Below the pieces are notes generated by a model. It did not search any database. It was not told where the DNA came from and saw only the letters and a program-made list of their open reading frames with translations. Below, one piece after another: positions 1-10,414 of a DNA stretch of 64,000 nucleotides. The position numbers and the translations under genes are program-made. The DNA comes from an uncultured Clostridia bacterium. Its GTDB lineage: Bacteria; Bacillota; Clostridia; TANB77; CAG-508. Location: contig CANQXY010000003.1 of assembly GCA_947627935.1 (NCBI GenBank), forward strand, positions 1,952 through 65,951, written 5' to 3'. Numbering within the stretch: the first letter of the stretch is position 1; each line of letters starts with the position of its first letter.

Positions 1-343
1 TATTTATTTTAAATTTGTGCATATATTCTTTATATTTAGCATATGTTACATGATTTTCTTCAAATCCTACATTTTCACAGAACATAAAAAAGTTTTCATA
101 ATCATCAGATGAAACATCTGTTATATTGTATACAATAATTTCATCTTCTATTGTTAATATACTTTGAACATATTCTATATATCTTCCATCTGTTATATAT
201 ATGTTTTCTTTTCTAGTTATTAATAATATTCCTTCTGCATCAATACTTGTCAAATATTTTATATTTATAGGATTTGATATTATCATTCCTTGAAGATCTA
301 AACTTGACATTGTATTTCTAAGCCACTGTATTTTTTGATTCAT
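1..343 (-). CDS. Xaa-Pro aminopeptidase / M24-family peptidase, N-terminal part only (the gene runs off the window start)
   Basis: My own minus-strand translation from the ATG at 343 gives MNQKIQWLRNTMSSLDLQGMIISNPINIKYLTSIDAEGILLITRKENIYITDGRYIEYVQS..., which resembles the creatinase/prolidase N-terminal domain. A GAAGGTG RBS lies just upstream. The ORF is missing from the track because it is truncated. Confidence 0.55.
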   Translation of the reverse strand, partial: MNQKIQWLRNTMSSLDLQGMIISNPINIKYLTSIDAEGILLITRKENIYITDGRYIEYVQSILTIEDEIIVYNITDVSSDDYENFFMFCENVGFEENHVTYAKYKEYMHKFKIN

Positions 344-357
344 TTTTACACCTTCTT

Positions 358-1119
358 TTAATTTATTTTTCCTTTATATAGTCCTAATGTAAATATTTTC
401 ATTAAAGCAAATAGTATTGTATTATATGGTATAAATATTGTTATAAAAGTACCTAAAACTATAAAAGGTCCAAATGGTATGTATTCATCTGATTTTTTGA
501 TTCTTGTTAATAATAATATTATACTTAAAATTGCACCTATTAAAAATGATAATAAAGCAATTACTATTATTTTAGAAAATCCAAAATATAATCCTAAACA
601 TGCCATTAATTTTACATCGCCAAATCCCATTGCTTCTTTTCCATATGCCAATCCTCCAAGTAAAGTAATTGCTAAAAATATTCCTGCACCTGCAAGCATT
701 CCAAATAGCATATCTATAGATATTGCTATATTAGATAATCCATATATAAAACTAAATATTAGACCTATCTCAAACATTGTTAAATTTAATCTGTTAGGTA
801 TTATTTGTAATTTGTAATCTATAACAAATACTGATAATAACATAGGTGTTAATACAAAATATTTTATTAAATCTAAATTTGCAAGAAAATTATCTTTAAT
901 ACCAAATATATATAATAATGCAATATATATAAATGCATTTACTATCATTAATAAATAGTTTGGCTTAAAAAATTTTTTATAATCTTTAAATATTTCTGTG
1001 GAAAATACCTTTTTATATTCTGGAAGTCTTTTATTTGCCCAGTCTACGAACTGTCCTACAATTAATCCAAGTATTGCTACAAATACATAATAAAATATAT
1101 GTATATCATTAAAATACAT
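358..1119 (-). CDS. type IV prepilin peptidase (A24 family)
   Basis: 253-aa polytopic membrane ORF. It carries the GFGDVKLMACLGLYFG motif typical of the second catalytic Asp region of prepilin peptidases. Confidence 0.8.
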   Translation of the reverse strand: MYFNDIHIFYYVFVAILGLIVGQFVDWANKRLPEYKKVFSTEIFKDYKKFFKPNYLLMIVNAFIYIALLYIFGIKDNFLANLDLIKYFVLTPMLLSVFVIDYKLQIIPNRLNLTMFEIGLIFSFIYGLSNIAISIDMLFGMLAGAGIFLAITLLGGLAYGKEAMGFGDVKLMACLGLYFGFSKIIVIALLSFLIGAILSIILLLTRIKKSDEYIPFGPFIVLGTFITIFIPYNTILFALMKIFTLGLYKGKIN

Positions 1120-1120
1120 C

Positions 1121-1636
1121 TTAATTTTCTCCTTTGTTATTATTTATTATTTTACTTTTTATTTTATTTTCAATTGGTCTTTTCCATGCTGTAAACCAAA
1201 AATCTTTCATATTTACAGGGTCTACTAATATTGTATACATTTTACATCTATTTCCACCAATTATATCTGTAAATATTTGATCTCCTACTACTCCAATATT
1301 TTGTGGTTCTACTTTTAGTATTTTTTGAACTTTCAAAAATCCTTTTTTAAAAGGCTTTTTTGCAAAATATTCATATGGTATATCTAATTTTTTAGAAACA
1401 TTTTTAACTTTCTCTTTTTTATTTGAATTAGATAATATATATAATTTTATTCCATTATTTTTTAAGTTATTAACCCAAGTTATATTTTCTTGTGGTAAAT
1501 TTTTATAATAATCAATTAATGTATTATCTACATCTAAAATAAGTGCTTTAATACTATTTTTATTTAAAAATTCTATCGTTATTTCTCTAACATTTTTAAA
1601 ATAAACTTTTGGATATAAAATCATATTTTCCTCCAC
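1121..1636 (-). CDS. yqeG: YqeG-family HAD-IIIA phosphatase
   Basis: Motifs LILDVDNTLI (DxDxT) and VGDQIFTDIIGGN. The true start is probably the ATG at 1624, which follows a GGAGG. Confidence 0.75.
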   Translation of the reverse strand: MEENMILYPKVYFKNVREITIEFLNKNSIKALILDVDNTLIDYYKNLPQENITWVNNLKNNGIKLYILSNSNKKEKVKNVSKKLDIPYEYFAKKPFKKGFLKVQKILKVEPQNIGVVGDQIFTDIIGGNRCKMYTILVDPVNMKDFWFTAWKRPIENKIKSKIINNNKGEN

Positions 1637-1716
1637 ATATATTTTGACAATTATATATTAACAATATGTAAAATATTTGTCAAATATAATTTAAAAAAAC
1701 GTAACCTAAAGTTACG

Positions 1717-2415
1717 TTATTTACAAAATCTATGCTTACCAATTACAATAGTAAGTGGTCTTGACCATATCCATTTATTTGTTGCAGTAGCTGGATTAAA
1801 ATAATAAATTGCTCCATAAGACGGATCCCATCCATTTATAGCATCTTGAGCTGCTTTTACAGAGCTACTGTCTGGTGAAAGATTTATTTGTCCATCTGAA
1901 ACAGCATCAAAAGCTCCTGATTGATATATTACTCCTGATATTGAATTTGGAAAAGAACTACTTTTTACTCTATTTAGTACAACAGCTCCTACAGCAACTT
2001 GTCCTGTATATGGTTCTCCTCTTGCTTCACCATGAATTAATCTTGCAAGTAAATTTACATTTGATGAACTACTAGATGTGTTAGATGAACTTGAACCACT
2101 AGAAGAATTATATATTCCCATAGCTGCTAAAGTATTTTTTCCTGCAATACCATCAGCAGTTAATCCATTTTTCCTTTGAAATTTTTTAACCGCTTCTACT
2201 GTTTTACTTCCATAAATTCCATCTACATTTCCATTATAATATCCCCATCTTTTTAATTTAGTTTGGATTTGAGTTACTTCATTTCCTCTAGATCCATATC
2301 TTGATAATGCATCAACTTGATTATTTCTAAATACAAAAAATGATATTAATATTCCAAGTAAAACTATTATTCCTAAACTTATATATATTTTTTTATTAAA
2401 AATTTTTTTAAACAT
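1717..2415 (-). CDS. sleB: spore cortex-lytic enzyme SleB-like (PG-binding domain plus hydrolase_2 domain)
   Basis: N-terminal TM segment, a peptidoglycan-binding repeat (GIYGSKTVEAVKKFQRKNGLTADGIAG), and a C-terminal LIHGEARGEPYTGQVAVGAVVLNRV motif. Confidence 0.8.
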   Translation of the reverse strand: MFKKIFNKKIYISLGIIVLLGILISFFVFRNNQVDALSRYGSRGNEVTQIQTKLKRWGYYNGNVDGIYGSKTVEAVKKFQRKNGLTADGIAGKNTLAAMGIYNSSSGSSSSNTSSSSSNVNLLARLIHGEARGEPYTGQVAVGAVVLNRVKSSSFPNSISGVIYQSGAFDAVSDGQINLSPDSSSVKAAQDAINGWDPSYGAIYYFNPATATNKWIWSRPLTIVIGKHRFCK

Positions 2416-2477
2416 AAAACCACCTTTGAATAAATTTATATTTATTTTTATCCAAAAGTGGTTTTATTATACATTAT

Positions 2478-3500
2478 TTATGAACAATAAGTACAAAGTA
2501 TTGCTTCTAATCCAATATTTATATCAATTAATCCAATTTTATATTTATAATCTAAATCTGCAAATTCTTTCAAAATATTTTTTAAATCCTTTTCTTCAAA
2601 ATAATTTGATTGATTTTTATATTTACTAACTAGAAATGTTTGATTTGGCTTTAAATTTAATGTAGTTAATATATCTTTATTATTTTTTAATGCAATTTTA
2701 ACTAAATATAACTTTTTAAAATGATTATATAATGTTACTAATATTTTTTGAATTGGTTCTTTTAAATATAATAAGTCATAAAGTACTTCCATTGCACTTT
2801 TTATATTTTTCTTTCCTAAATTATCTGTTAAATCAAAAATTACACTATCTATTTGTTTTATTGATAAACTATCTATGTCCTCTTTTTTAATTGTTCCATT
2901 TTCTCCTGCATACTCAATTAATTTTCTTATTTCATTAATTAAATCTTGCATATTTGTACCACATGATTCTATAAAATATTGTATTACATTAGAATCTATG
3001 TTTACTTTATATGCTTGACATATATTTTTAATTCTTTTTTGAATTTCTATAGGTTTTTGATAATCAAACTTACATACTATCCCTAATTTTTCAAAACTTT
3101 CAAGTAAATCATCTTTTTCTGCTTCATCTTCAATAAATACAATTACAACACTTTCTTTTATTAAATCAATATTATCATTTATATATTTATTTAATAATTC
3201 TTTTGTTTCTACTAATTTAGGATTTTTCTTTTTAGAATCTTTTCTAAATAATCCTGTATTTCTAGCTATAATTAATTTTTTATTATAACCAAATGCTGGT
3301 GTTTCAATATTTGGAATTATTTCTTGTATATTTGTTTCGTCAATTAAAATATAATTTATTCCCTTTACTAACTCACCAAATGTTTTCTTTATTTTTTTCA
3401 AACTATTTTCTATTAAATATTTTTCTTCTCCAAATAATAAATATATACTAGATATTTTTCCTTGATTTAGTAAATTTTCTAATTCATTTACAGATATCAT
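2478..3500 (-). CDS. holA: DNA polymerase III delta subunit
   Basis: 340 aa. The N-terminus (SIYLLFGEEKYLIE) and overall layout are typical of HolA. Confidence 0.7.
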   Translation of the reverse strand: MISVNELENLLNQGKISSIYLLFGEEKYLIENSLKKIKKTFGELVKGINYILIDETNIQEIIPNIETPAFGYNKKLIIARNTGLFRKDSKKKNPKLVETKELLNKYINDNIDLIKESVVIVFIEDEAEKDDLLESFEKLGIVCKFDYQKPIEIQKRIKNICQAYKVNIDSNVIQYFIESCGTNMQDLINEIRKLIEYAGENGTIKKEDIDSLSIKQIDSVIFDLTDNLGKKNIKSAMEVLYDLLYLKEPIQKILVTLYNHFKKLYLVKIALKNNKDILTTLNLKPNQTFLVSKYKNQSNYFEEKDLKNILKEFADLDYKYKIGLIDINIGLEAILCTYCS

Positions 3501-3514
3501 TTTACCATCCTTAT

Positions 3515-5551
3515 CTATTTTTCCAAAATTATTCTAAATACTTCTGCAACACTCCATGCTTGTGCAAAAGTTCCTTTAGGTAATTGTGGTTTTTTAGAAT
3601 CATATATTTCTGAAATACTTCCTATACAACCATCTTCATATAAATCTTTTTTAAATGTTTTGTCTACATTCTTTATAAAATCTTTTAATTCTTTTTCTAG
3701 TTCTTCTTTTTCTTTTTTTATTTTTGTTGCTTTTATAATATTCTTAAGAGAATTATAATATATACCTAAAAGCCATACCCAAGTAATTCCCTGATGATAA
3801 CTCATATCTCTTTTAGCTCCATCGCCTTCATATACTTCTACATAATTTTCTTCACCTTTTGCAAGTGATTTTAAGCCATAATTATTTAATAACTTCTTTT
3901 TACATACTTGTAATATGTTTTTAGCTATTTGACTATCTAAATCAATTACTTGATATGTTAAACTTAATGCAAATAATTGATTTGGTCTTATTTTATTATC
4001 TCCTAATACATCATATAGGCATTTTCTTCTTTTGTTATAAAACTTTTCATTAAATGATATTTTACAATTTTCAGCTAATTCTTTATATCTTTTTGAATCT
4101 GATTTTTTTCCAATTTTATTTGTTAAATCTTCCATGATTTTTAAGCTATTGTACCACATAGCATTTATTTCTACAGCTTTTCCATTTCTTGGAGTAATGG
4201 CAATTCCATCATACTTAGCATCCATCCATGTATTTTGAGTACTTGGAGTTCCTGATACTAATAAATAATCTGAATCTAAATAAATATTATTATCATCTAT
4301 ATCTATTCCATTTATATAATTATCTATTATACTCTGTAATACTTTATATATATTTTCTTTTATAAATGTATAATCATCTGTGTATTCTAAGTATTTTTGA
4401 ACTTCTTCAAATAGCAAAAGTGAACTATCTGCACTATTATATAATGGTCTATTATCAAATCCAGAATAACCATTTGGAACTAGTCCAAATTTAACATCTC
4501 TTATATATGTTAATAAAACTTCTTTAGCTATATCATATCTTTTAGGAATTAATAATAATCCTTCAAATGATATTAAACTATCTCTTCCCCAATCTAAAAA
4601 CCATGGATATCCTGCAATTATTGTATGTAATCTAAATGATGGCCTATATACCACAAAATTGTCTGTAGCAATTAAATAATCTTTAATTAACTTTTCCTTT
4701 TCTTTATCAGCTTTTGTTTTGTTTGGTTTTCTATTATCTATTAATAAAGAATCATTAAATAATTTATTTAATCTTACAATTTCATCATTTATAATGTCTT
4801 TTACATTTAACTCATCTATATTTTCTTCTAATGAACATACAAAAGAAATTTCTTTTTCTTCTTCTGGATTAATATATATTTCAAAAACACCTGGAACTGC
4901 ATGGTTTTCTTCTGATAAAAATCCTCTTTTTTCTTCTTCTATATAAAACATGTTAAAAAATTGATCATTTATATGTTCTATATATTCTCCTTCTGAAACT
5001 TTCATATATATTGGATATGATGAATTATCATCTACAATTAATTTAACTTTTGTATTTTTAATATTTTGCTTAATATTAAATATATGATTAGTATTTACGC
5101 AATGAAAATCTCTAAAATTTATAATAGGAGCTAAATTAAGTTTAGCTTCGGACTTACCATTTTTTATTTTATAATATACTCCTACTGTATTTTTTCCATA
5201 TTGCATACATATCATTTTTGTTATTTGAACATCTTCAATTTTATATGTAAAAATTGGTATATATTCTTTTTTAAAATTTTCTTGATATGTAAATCCTCTA
5301 GAAACATATTCTTTTCCTATGTTAGTATATAAATCATATTTTTTATTATTTAATTCGATGCTTTCATCTAATTTAGATAATACTAAAAATCTTCTAGCAG
5401 GAGGCGTAAGTGGAGCAACTAATAATCCATGGTATTTTCTAGTATTAGATCCTATTATTGTTGATGAAGAAAAGCCTCCAATTCCATTTGTTATTATCCA
5501 TTCTTTTTTTAATCCTTCTTCTAATGTTAATTTTTCCTTTGTAAAATTCAT
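3515..5551 (-). CDS. glycogen debranching enzyme family (amylo-alpha-1,6-glucosidase type)
   Basis: 678 aa. N-terminal WIITNGIGGFSSSTIIGSNTRKYHGLLVA and central GYPWFLDWGRDSLISFEGLLL motifs match the GDE_N/GDE_C family. Confidence 0.75.
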   Translation of the reverse strand: MNFTKEKLTLEEGLKKEWIITNGIGGFSSSTIIGSNTRKYHGLLVAPLTPPARRFLVLSKLDESIELNNKKYDLYTNIGKEYVSRGFTYQENFKKEYIPIFTYKIEDVQITKMICMQYGKNTVGVYYKIKNGKSEAKLNLAPIINFRDFHCVNTNHIFNIKQNIKNTKVKLIVDDNSSYPIYMKVSEGEYIEHINDQFFNMFYIEEEKRGFLSEENHAVPGVFEIYINPEEEKEISFVCSLEENIDELNVKDIINDEIVRLNKLFNDSLLIDNRKPNKTKADKEKEKLIKDYLIATDNFVVYRPSFRLHTIIAGYPWFLDWGRDSLISFEGLLLIPKRYDIAKEVLLTYIRDVKFGLVPNGYSGFDNRPLYNSADSSLLLFEEVQKYLEYTDDYTFIKENIYKVLQSIIDNYINGIDIDDNNIYLDSDYLLVSGTPSTQNTWMDAKYDGIAITPRNGKAVEINAMWYNSLKIMEDLTNKIGKKSDSKRYKELAENCKISFNEKFYNKRRKCLYDVLGDNKIRPNQLFALSLTYQVIDLDSQIAKNILQVCKKKLLNNYGLKSLAKGEENYVEVYEGDGAKRDMSYHQGITWVWLLGIYYNSLKNIIKATKIKKEKEELEKELKDFIKNVDKTFKKDLYEDGCIGSISEIYDSKKPQLPKGTFAQAWSVAEVFRIILEK

Positions 5552-5563
5552 TTGTATCCTCCA

Positions 5564-7339
5564 TTATCTATTCCATTTACTATTTTGTAATTTTTTCATC
5601 ATTTCTTCTCTTATCTCTTCTGGTGTCTTATGTTTAATTTCATCATTACTTTTTATAACATTTACATTATTTGTTTTTGACTGAGTTTTTGTATTATTTT
5701 TCTGTGTTTTAATATTTTCCTTAGATTTGCTTTCTTGTTTTTTTGTTTCTTTAGGTTTATTTTTCTTTACTTCTTCTTTAACTTCTGGAATATCAAATTT
5801 ATATATATCATCTTTTTTATTTTTTGTTTTCTTTGTTGTAGTTTTTGTGTTAGACCTCATTCTTGTTTTTTCATCTGCTTCTTTAATAGATGCTATTCTA
5901 TCACTATATTTACTACTAAATTTACTTTTTCTTTTTTGTTTATTATCTTTGTTTTCTCTTTTACCTGATTTTTTTGATATTTTTTTAATTTTCTCAATCC
6001 TTTTATCTGATTGTAATTTGGTATTCATCATCATATACTGAGGATCATTTTGTTTATCCTGATATTTTAAATCATCACATATTATTTCTATTATAGATGC
6101 TGCAACTAAAATAGGATCATGTCTTATTCTATCTTCTGATATCATAGATAAATTTCTTTGTAAAAAATAAATTCCTTTTTCTTTTACATTATCTATTGTT
6201 TGTTCTACTAAGTCTTGACCTTCCATATTATATTTTTTAATAAATTCAGGAACTATTTCTCCTGTATCATATATACAATAATCTATTAATCCTTCACCAC
6301 AATGTTCTATTATTGCATTTAGATGGTCTGATACGCTAAAATTATCTGTTTGTCCAGGCTCTGTCATAATATTACTTACATATATTTTTATTGCTTTGCT
6401 TTCTTTAATTTCTTTTGCTACCCCATTTACTAATAAGTTTGGAATAACATTAGTATATAAACTTCCTGGTCCTATAACTATACAATCTGCTTGTTTTATT
6501 GCTTCTAATACACCTGGTGCTGGTTTGCAGTTTGATGGATTTAAAAATATTCTATTTATTTTAGTTACTTTTTCATATGCTATTTCTGCTATTCTATCTT
6601 TTTCTTCAATTACATAACCATTATCTAATTCTGCACATATTTTCATTTCTTCTAAAGTAACTGGTATAACTTTTCCTATCATATTTATAACTTCATTACT
6701 TTTTATTACAGATTCTGTAAAATCTCCATTTATATCTTTCATTGCAGAAAAATATATGTCTGAAAAAGATAATCCTTTTAATTTTCCAGAATTAAATTTA
6801 TAATTAAATAATTTATCAATTTGTCCTTCTTTAGTAGCTAAAGAAATTATACTATTTGATATATCTTCTAAAGGCATAACTTGCATTTCTGATCTTGAAT
6901 CAGAAGGAGCTTTTCCATATTCTGATACTGTTACTATAGCTGTAACATTACTTGTATATGCCTTTATTCCTGAAAGTACAGTATTTAAGCCTGTCCCTCC
7001 ACCAATAACTACTATATTAGGTCCTTTATTATAAACTGTTTTATTAAATATTAATGAATTTACATTAATATTATTTTTATTTTCCATTCTGTCATCTGTT
7101 GCTTCAATTATAAGTTCTAAATTTCTTTTATTTATAAATACTATTCCTAATACAACAAAAATAAATCCTATTATAAATGATAATATTATTTTTCCTATTC
7201 CAAAAAAATTAAATCCTATTTCTTTAGATACCAATATTTCAGATATTCCATAACAAGTAAGTGCTATTCCTACTAAAATTAATAATATCCATCTTTTCAT
7301 TTTTGTTCCAGATTTAAACCATTCTAAAAAACCTTTCAT
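5564..7339 (-). CDS. YvcK-family (CofD-like, gluconeogenesis factor) protein with N-terminal TM segments and a long Lys-rich C-terminal tail
   Basis: IVVIGGGTGLNTVLSGIK...TAIVTV and CIVIGPGSLYTNVIPNLLV motifs align to YvcK. Residues 1-75 are hydrophobic. The last ~160 aa are K/E/T-rich low complexity. Confidence 0.7.
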   Translation of the reverse strand: MKGFLEWFKSGTKMKRWILLILVGIALTCYGISEILVSKEIGFNFFGIGKIILSFIIGFIFVVLGIVFINKRNLELIIEATDDRMENKNNINVNSLIFNKTVYNKGPNIVVIGGGTGLNTVLSGIKAYTSNVTAIVTVSEYGKAPSDSRSEMQVMPLEDISNSIISLATKEGQIDKLFNYKFNSGKLKGLSFSDIYFSAMKDINGDFTESVIKSNEVINMIGKVIPVTLEEMKICAELDNGYVIEEKDRIAEIAYEKVTKINRIFLNPSNCKPAPGVLEAIKQADCIVIGPGSLYTNVIPNLLVNGVAKEIKESKAIKIYVSNIMTEPGQTDNFSVSDHLNAIIEHCGEGLIDYCIYDTGEIVPEFIKKYNMEGQDLVEQTIDNVKEKGIYFLQRNLSMISEDRIRHDPILVAASIIEIICDDLKYQDKQNDPQYMMMNTKLQSDKRIEKIKKISKKSGKRENKDNKQKRKSKFSSKYSDRIASIKEADEKTRMRSNTKTTTKKTKNKKDDIYKFDIPEVKEEVKKNKPKETKKQESKSKENIKTQKNNTKTQSKTNNVNVIKSNDEIKHKTPEEIREEMMKKLQNSKWNR

Positions 7340-7345
7340 TTTATA

Positions 7346-8266
7346 TTACTCTCCTATAATTTCAATTTCTAAATCAATTTCCTTTTTAAATTTTTCATAA
7401 ACTTTTTCTTTTACATATGTAATTAAATCTATTATATCTTTAGCAGTTGCATTATCTTTATTTATTATAAATCCCGCATGCTTTTTAGATACCTCTGCTC
7501 CGCCTATTTTATATCCTTTCAAATCACATTCATCTATTAATTTAGCCGTTATAAAATCTTCTCCTCTTTTAAATGTACTTCCTGCACTTGGATATTCTAT
7601 AGGCTGTTTTTCTTTTCTATATGTAGAATATTCTTTAATTTTTTTCTGTATTTCTTCTTTTGTTCCATTATTTAATTTTAAAGTAGTCTCTAAAATTATA
7701 AATTTATTATTACTAAAAATACTACTTCTATATTTAAATTCATGTTGCAAGTTGTTTATTTCAAAAATATTACCATTAAAATCCATATATTTTGTTTTTA
7801 AAACAATATCTTTCATTTCTTTTCCATGTGCACCTGCGTTCATTTTTATTGCTCCGCCAATAGTTCCAGGTATACCAGACAATTCTTCAAATCCTGAAAT
7901 TTCTTCTTGGATTAATTTTTGTGCTAAAAATCCAAGTTGCATTCCACTTTGAACTCTTACAATTACACTATCATTTTCTTTTTTTATTTCATAATCTTTT
8001 AATTCTATTTTTAAAACAATTCCTCTTATTCCATTGTCTTTAACTAAAATATTACTACCATTTCCTATAATAAATAATGGAATTTTAGTTTCATTTACTA
8101 CTTTTAATACTGATTTTACATCATCTATTGATACTGCTTTTATAAATATATCAGCAGGACCTCCAATTTTAAAAGATGTGTGCTTATCCATTTTTTCATC
8201 TAGTTTTATATTTTGTCTTAATATACCTTCATCTTCTAATTTTTGTATTATATCTTCTTTTAACAA
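7346..8266 (-). CDS. murB: UDP-N-acetylenolpyruvoylglucosamine reductase
   Basis: 306 aa with FAD-binding GNGSNILV and C-terminal PSAGSTFKRG motifs. Confidence 0.85.
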   Translation of the reverse strand: MLKEDIIQKLEDEGILRQNIKLDEKMDKHTSFKIGGPADIFIKAVSIDDVKSVLKVVNETKIPLFIIGNGSNILVKDNGIRGIVLKIELKDYEIKKENDSVIVRVQSGMQLGFLAQKLIQEEISGFEELSGIPGTIGGAIKMNAGAHGKEMKDIVLKTKYMDFNGNIFEINNLQHEFKYRSSIFSNNKFIILETTLKLNNGTKEEIQKKIKEYSTYRKEKQPIEYPSAGSTFKRGEDFITAKLIDECDLKGYKIGGAEVSKKHAGFIINKDNATAKDIIDLITYVKEKVYEKFKKEIDLEIEIIGE

Positions 8267-8281
8267 GATATTCCCTCCAAA

Positions 8282-8782
8282 CTAATTATTACTTATATAT
8301 AAAGCTTTTCCTTCACTATTTTTTAACCTAAGTATATTCATAACTTCACCAGTTGTATAATTTACTACATATTTTTCTTTTGTATTACTTATGCCTAATT
8401 TTTTGAAGTCTTGTTCTGTTGATACTAAATAATAATTTGATATATTAGTATCTTTTAGTTCTATTTTATTATCTCCATCATATTTAAAGTAATATTTTCC
8501 ATTTGAATTTTGAATATTATTTGTACTTATATTACTGTCGTTAAGTTTTGTTCCTACTAATATACTTTCATCTGGAATTACTTTACTTGTTGTTATATAT
8601 TTAGTATATGCCTCTAATATTACATGTTGAACCATTTTTAATTCTGATGATAATTTGCTATCTTCTGTTTCAGTAATAGAGTTTAATCCTGATAACCCCA
8701 CACTTGCTAATATTAATAATATTATTATTGTTACAGTTAGTGCTACTAATGTTATAGCTTTTTCTTCTTTAACCATTTCCAT
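8282..8782 (-). CDS. type IV pilin-like / pseudopilin-like protein (orphan)
   Basis: The N-terminus KAITLVALTVTIIILLILASVG resembles the clostridial prepilin class-III leader plus hydrophobic helix. The rest of the protein is unrecognisable. Confidence 0.5.
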   Translation of the reverse strand: MEMVKEEKAITLVALTVTIIILLILASVGLSGLNSITETEDSKLSSELKMVQHVILEAYTKYITTSKVIPDESILVGTKLNDSNISTNNIQNSNGKYYFKYDGDNKIELKDTNISNYYLVSTEQDFKKLGISNTKEKYVVNYTTGEVMNILRLKNSEGKALYISNN

Positions 8783-8962
8783 TTCTCCTTCGTTTTTAAT
8801 AATTAAAATATTATCATTTTTTTTATATTTTTACAACAACTTTAATAAATTTTTGATATTATTTTGTATATAAAATATTTATCGACATTTTTACATAAAT
8901 TATTTGAAATATTGTTGCATATATAGTATAATAGATATAGATTAATTATAGGAGGTATTTAT

Positions 8963-9406
8963 ATGTGGCAAATTTGGTTAATAGCTGCTGGAATATTTTT
9001 TATTGCTGAAATTATTACAGTAGGTTTTTTAATATTTTGGCTAGGTATAGGTGCAATACTTGCAATGATAGTTAGTTTATTTACAAATAATGTAGTAATT
9101 CAAACTGCCGTATTTGTTATTTCATCTACAATATTAATTTTTGCAACAAAACCTTTAGTTAATAAATTTACGAAAAATGATAAAAAAGTTTCAACTAATG
9201 TATATTCAATAATAGGTAAAAAAGGAGTTGTTACTCAAGACATAAATATTGTTGAAGGAAAAGGTCAAATAAAAATTAATGGTGAAACTTGGTCAGCAAT
9301 GTGTGATGGTAATATTACAATTCCAGTTGGCACAGAAGTTGAAGTCAAAGAAATACGTGGTGTAAAGGCATTAGTAGAGCCTATTAATTCTACTATAAAA
9401 ATTTAA
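8963..9406 (+). CDS. NfeD-family membrane protein
   Basis: Three N-terminal TM helices plus a C-terminal OB-like segment (GKGQIKINGETWSA...GTEVEVKEIRGVKALV). It sits immediately upstream of an SPFH gene, which is the usual pairing. Confidence 0.7.
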   Translation: MWQIWLIAAGIFFIAEIITVGFLIFWLGIGAILAMIVSLFTNNVVIQTAVFVISSTILIFATKPLVNKFTKNDKKVSTNVYSIIGKKGVVTQDINIVEGKGQIKINGETWSAMCDGNITIPVGTEVEVKEIRGVKALVEPINSTIKI

Positions 9407-9448
9407 GTTATTAATATTTTATTTATAAATTAAAAGGAGGAATTAGAA

Positions 9449-10351
9449 ATGACTTTTTTATTAATTTTACTTGTTATAATATTAATTATAGCATTTAAAT
9501 CAATCAAAGTTGTTAGACAATCTGAGGTATATATAATTGAAAGATTAGGTAAATTTCATAAAATAGCTGATGCAGGTCTTACAATTATTGTTCCATTTGT
9601 TGATCATGTAAGAAGTGTTGTTAGTTTAAAACAACAAACAATGGATATACCACCTCAAGGAGTTATTACAAAAGATAATGTTACAATTACAATAGATACA
9701 GTTGTATTCTATCAAGTTACAGACCCTGCTAAAGCAGTTTATGAAATTCAAAGTTTGAAAAAAGGTATAGAATACTTAGCAATTACAACAATTCGTGATA
9801 TTGTTGGTAAAATGGACTTAGATGCAACATTTAGTTCTAGAGATGGAATTAACCAACAATTAAGAGTTATACTTGATGAAGCAACAGACAGATGGGGATG
9901 TAAAATAGACAGAGTTGAAATTAAAGATATTAAGCCACCTGCTGATATTAGAGATGCAATGGAAAAACAAATGAATGCAGAAAGAAATAAAAGAGCTTTA
10001 ATTCTTGAAGCACAAGCTCAAAGAGAATCTGCAATCACAATTGCCGAAGGTAAAAAAGAAGCTGCAATTCTAGAAGCTGAAGCTGATAAAGAATCTGCAA
10101 TTAGAAGAGCTGATGGTGAGGCACAAGCTATAAAATCAGTAGCTGAAGCTAAAGCTAAAGAAATTGAAATGGTTTATTCAGCTATTAAAAATTCAAAACC
10201 TGATGATAAATTAGTACAAATTAAATCTTTAGAAGCTTTAACAGAAATTGCAAATGGTGAAGCAAATAAAGTATTTATACCATTTGAAGCAACAAGTACA
10301 CTAAGTAGTTTAGGTGCTGTAAAAGAAATTTTTAAAGATGATAAAAACTAA
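9449..10351 (+). CDS. SPFH/band-7 (stomatin-like) protein
   Basis: N-terminal TM segment, then VRQSEVYIIERLGKFHK and VEIKDIKPPADIRDAMEKQMNAER motifs. Confidence 0.85.
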   Translation: MTFLLILLVIILIIAFKSIKVVRQSEVYIIERLGKFHKIADAGLTIIVPFVDHVRSVVSLKQQTMDIPPQGVITKDNVTITIDTVVFYQVTDPAKAVYEIQSLKKGIEYLAITTIRDIVGKMDLDATFSSRDGINQQLRVILDEATDRWGCKIDRVEIKDIKPPADIRDAMEKQMNAERNKRALILEAQAQRESAITIAEGKKEAAILEAEADKESAIRRADGEAQAIKSVAEAKAKEIEMVYSAIKNSKPDDKLVQIKSLEALTEIANGEANKVFIPFEATSTLSSLGAVKEIFKDDKN

Positions 10352-10366
10352 TATAAAAAATTTTAA

Positions 10367-10398
10367 GGAGAGATTAAATTACAATCTCTCCTTTTTTT
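10367..10398 (+). terminator. intrinsic terminator after the SPFH gene
   Basis: 9-bp stem GGAGAGATT/AATCTCTCC with a 7-nt loop, followed by T7. Confidence 0.7.
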
Positions 10399-10414
10399 AT
10401 AGCTTATGATGCAT

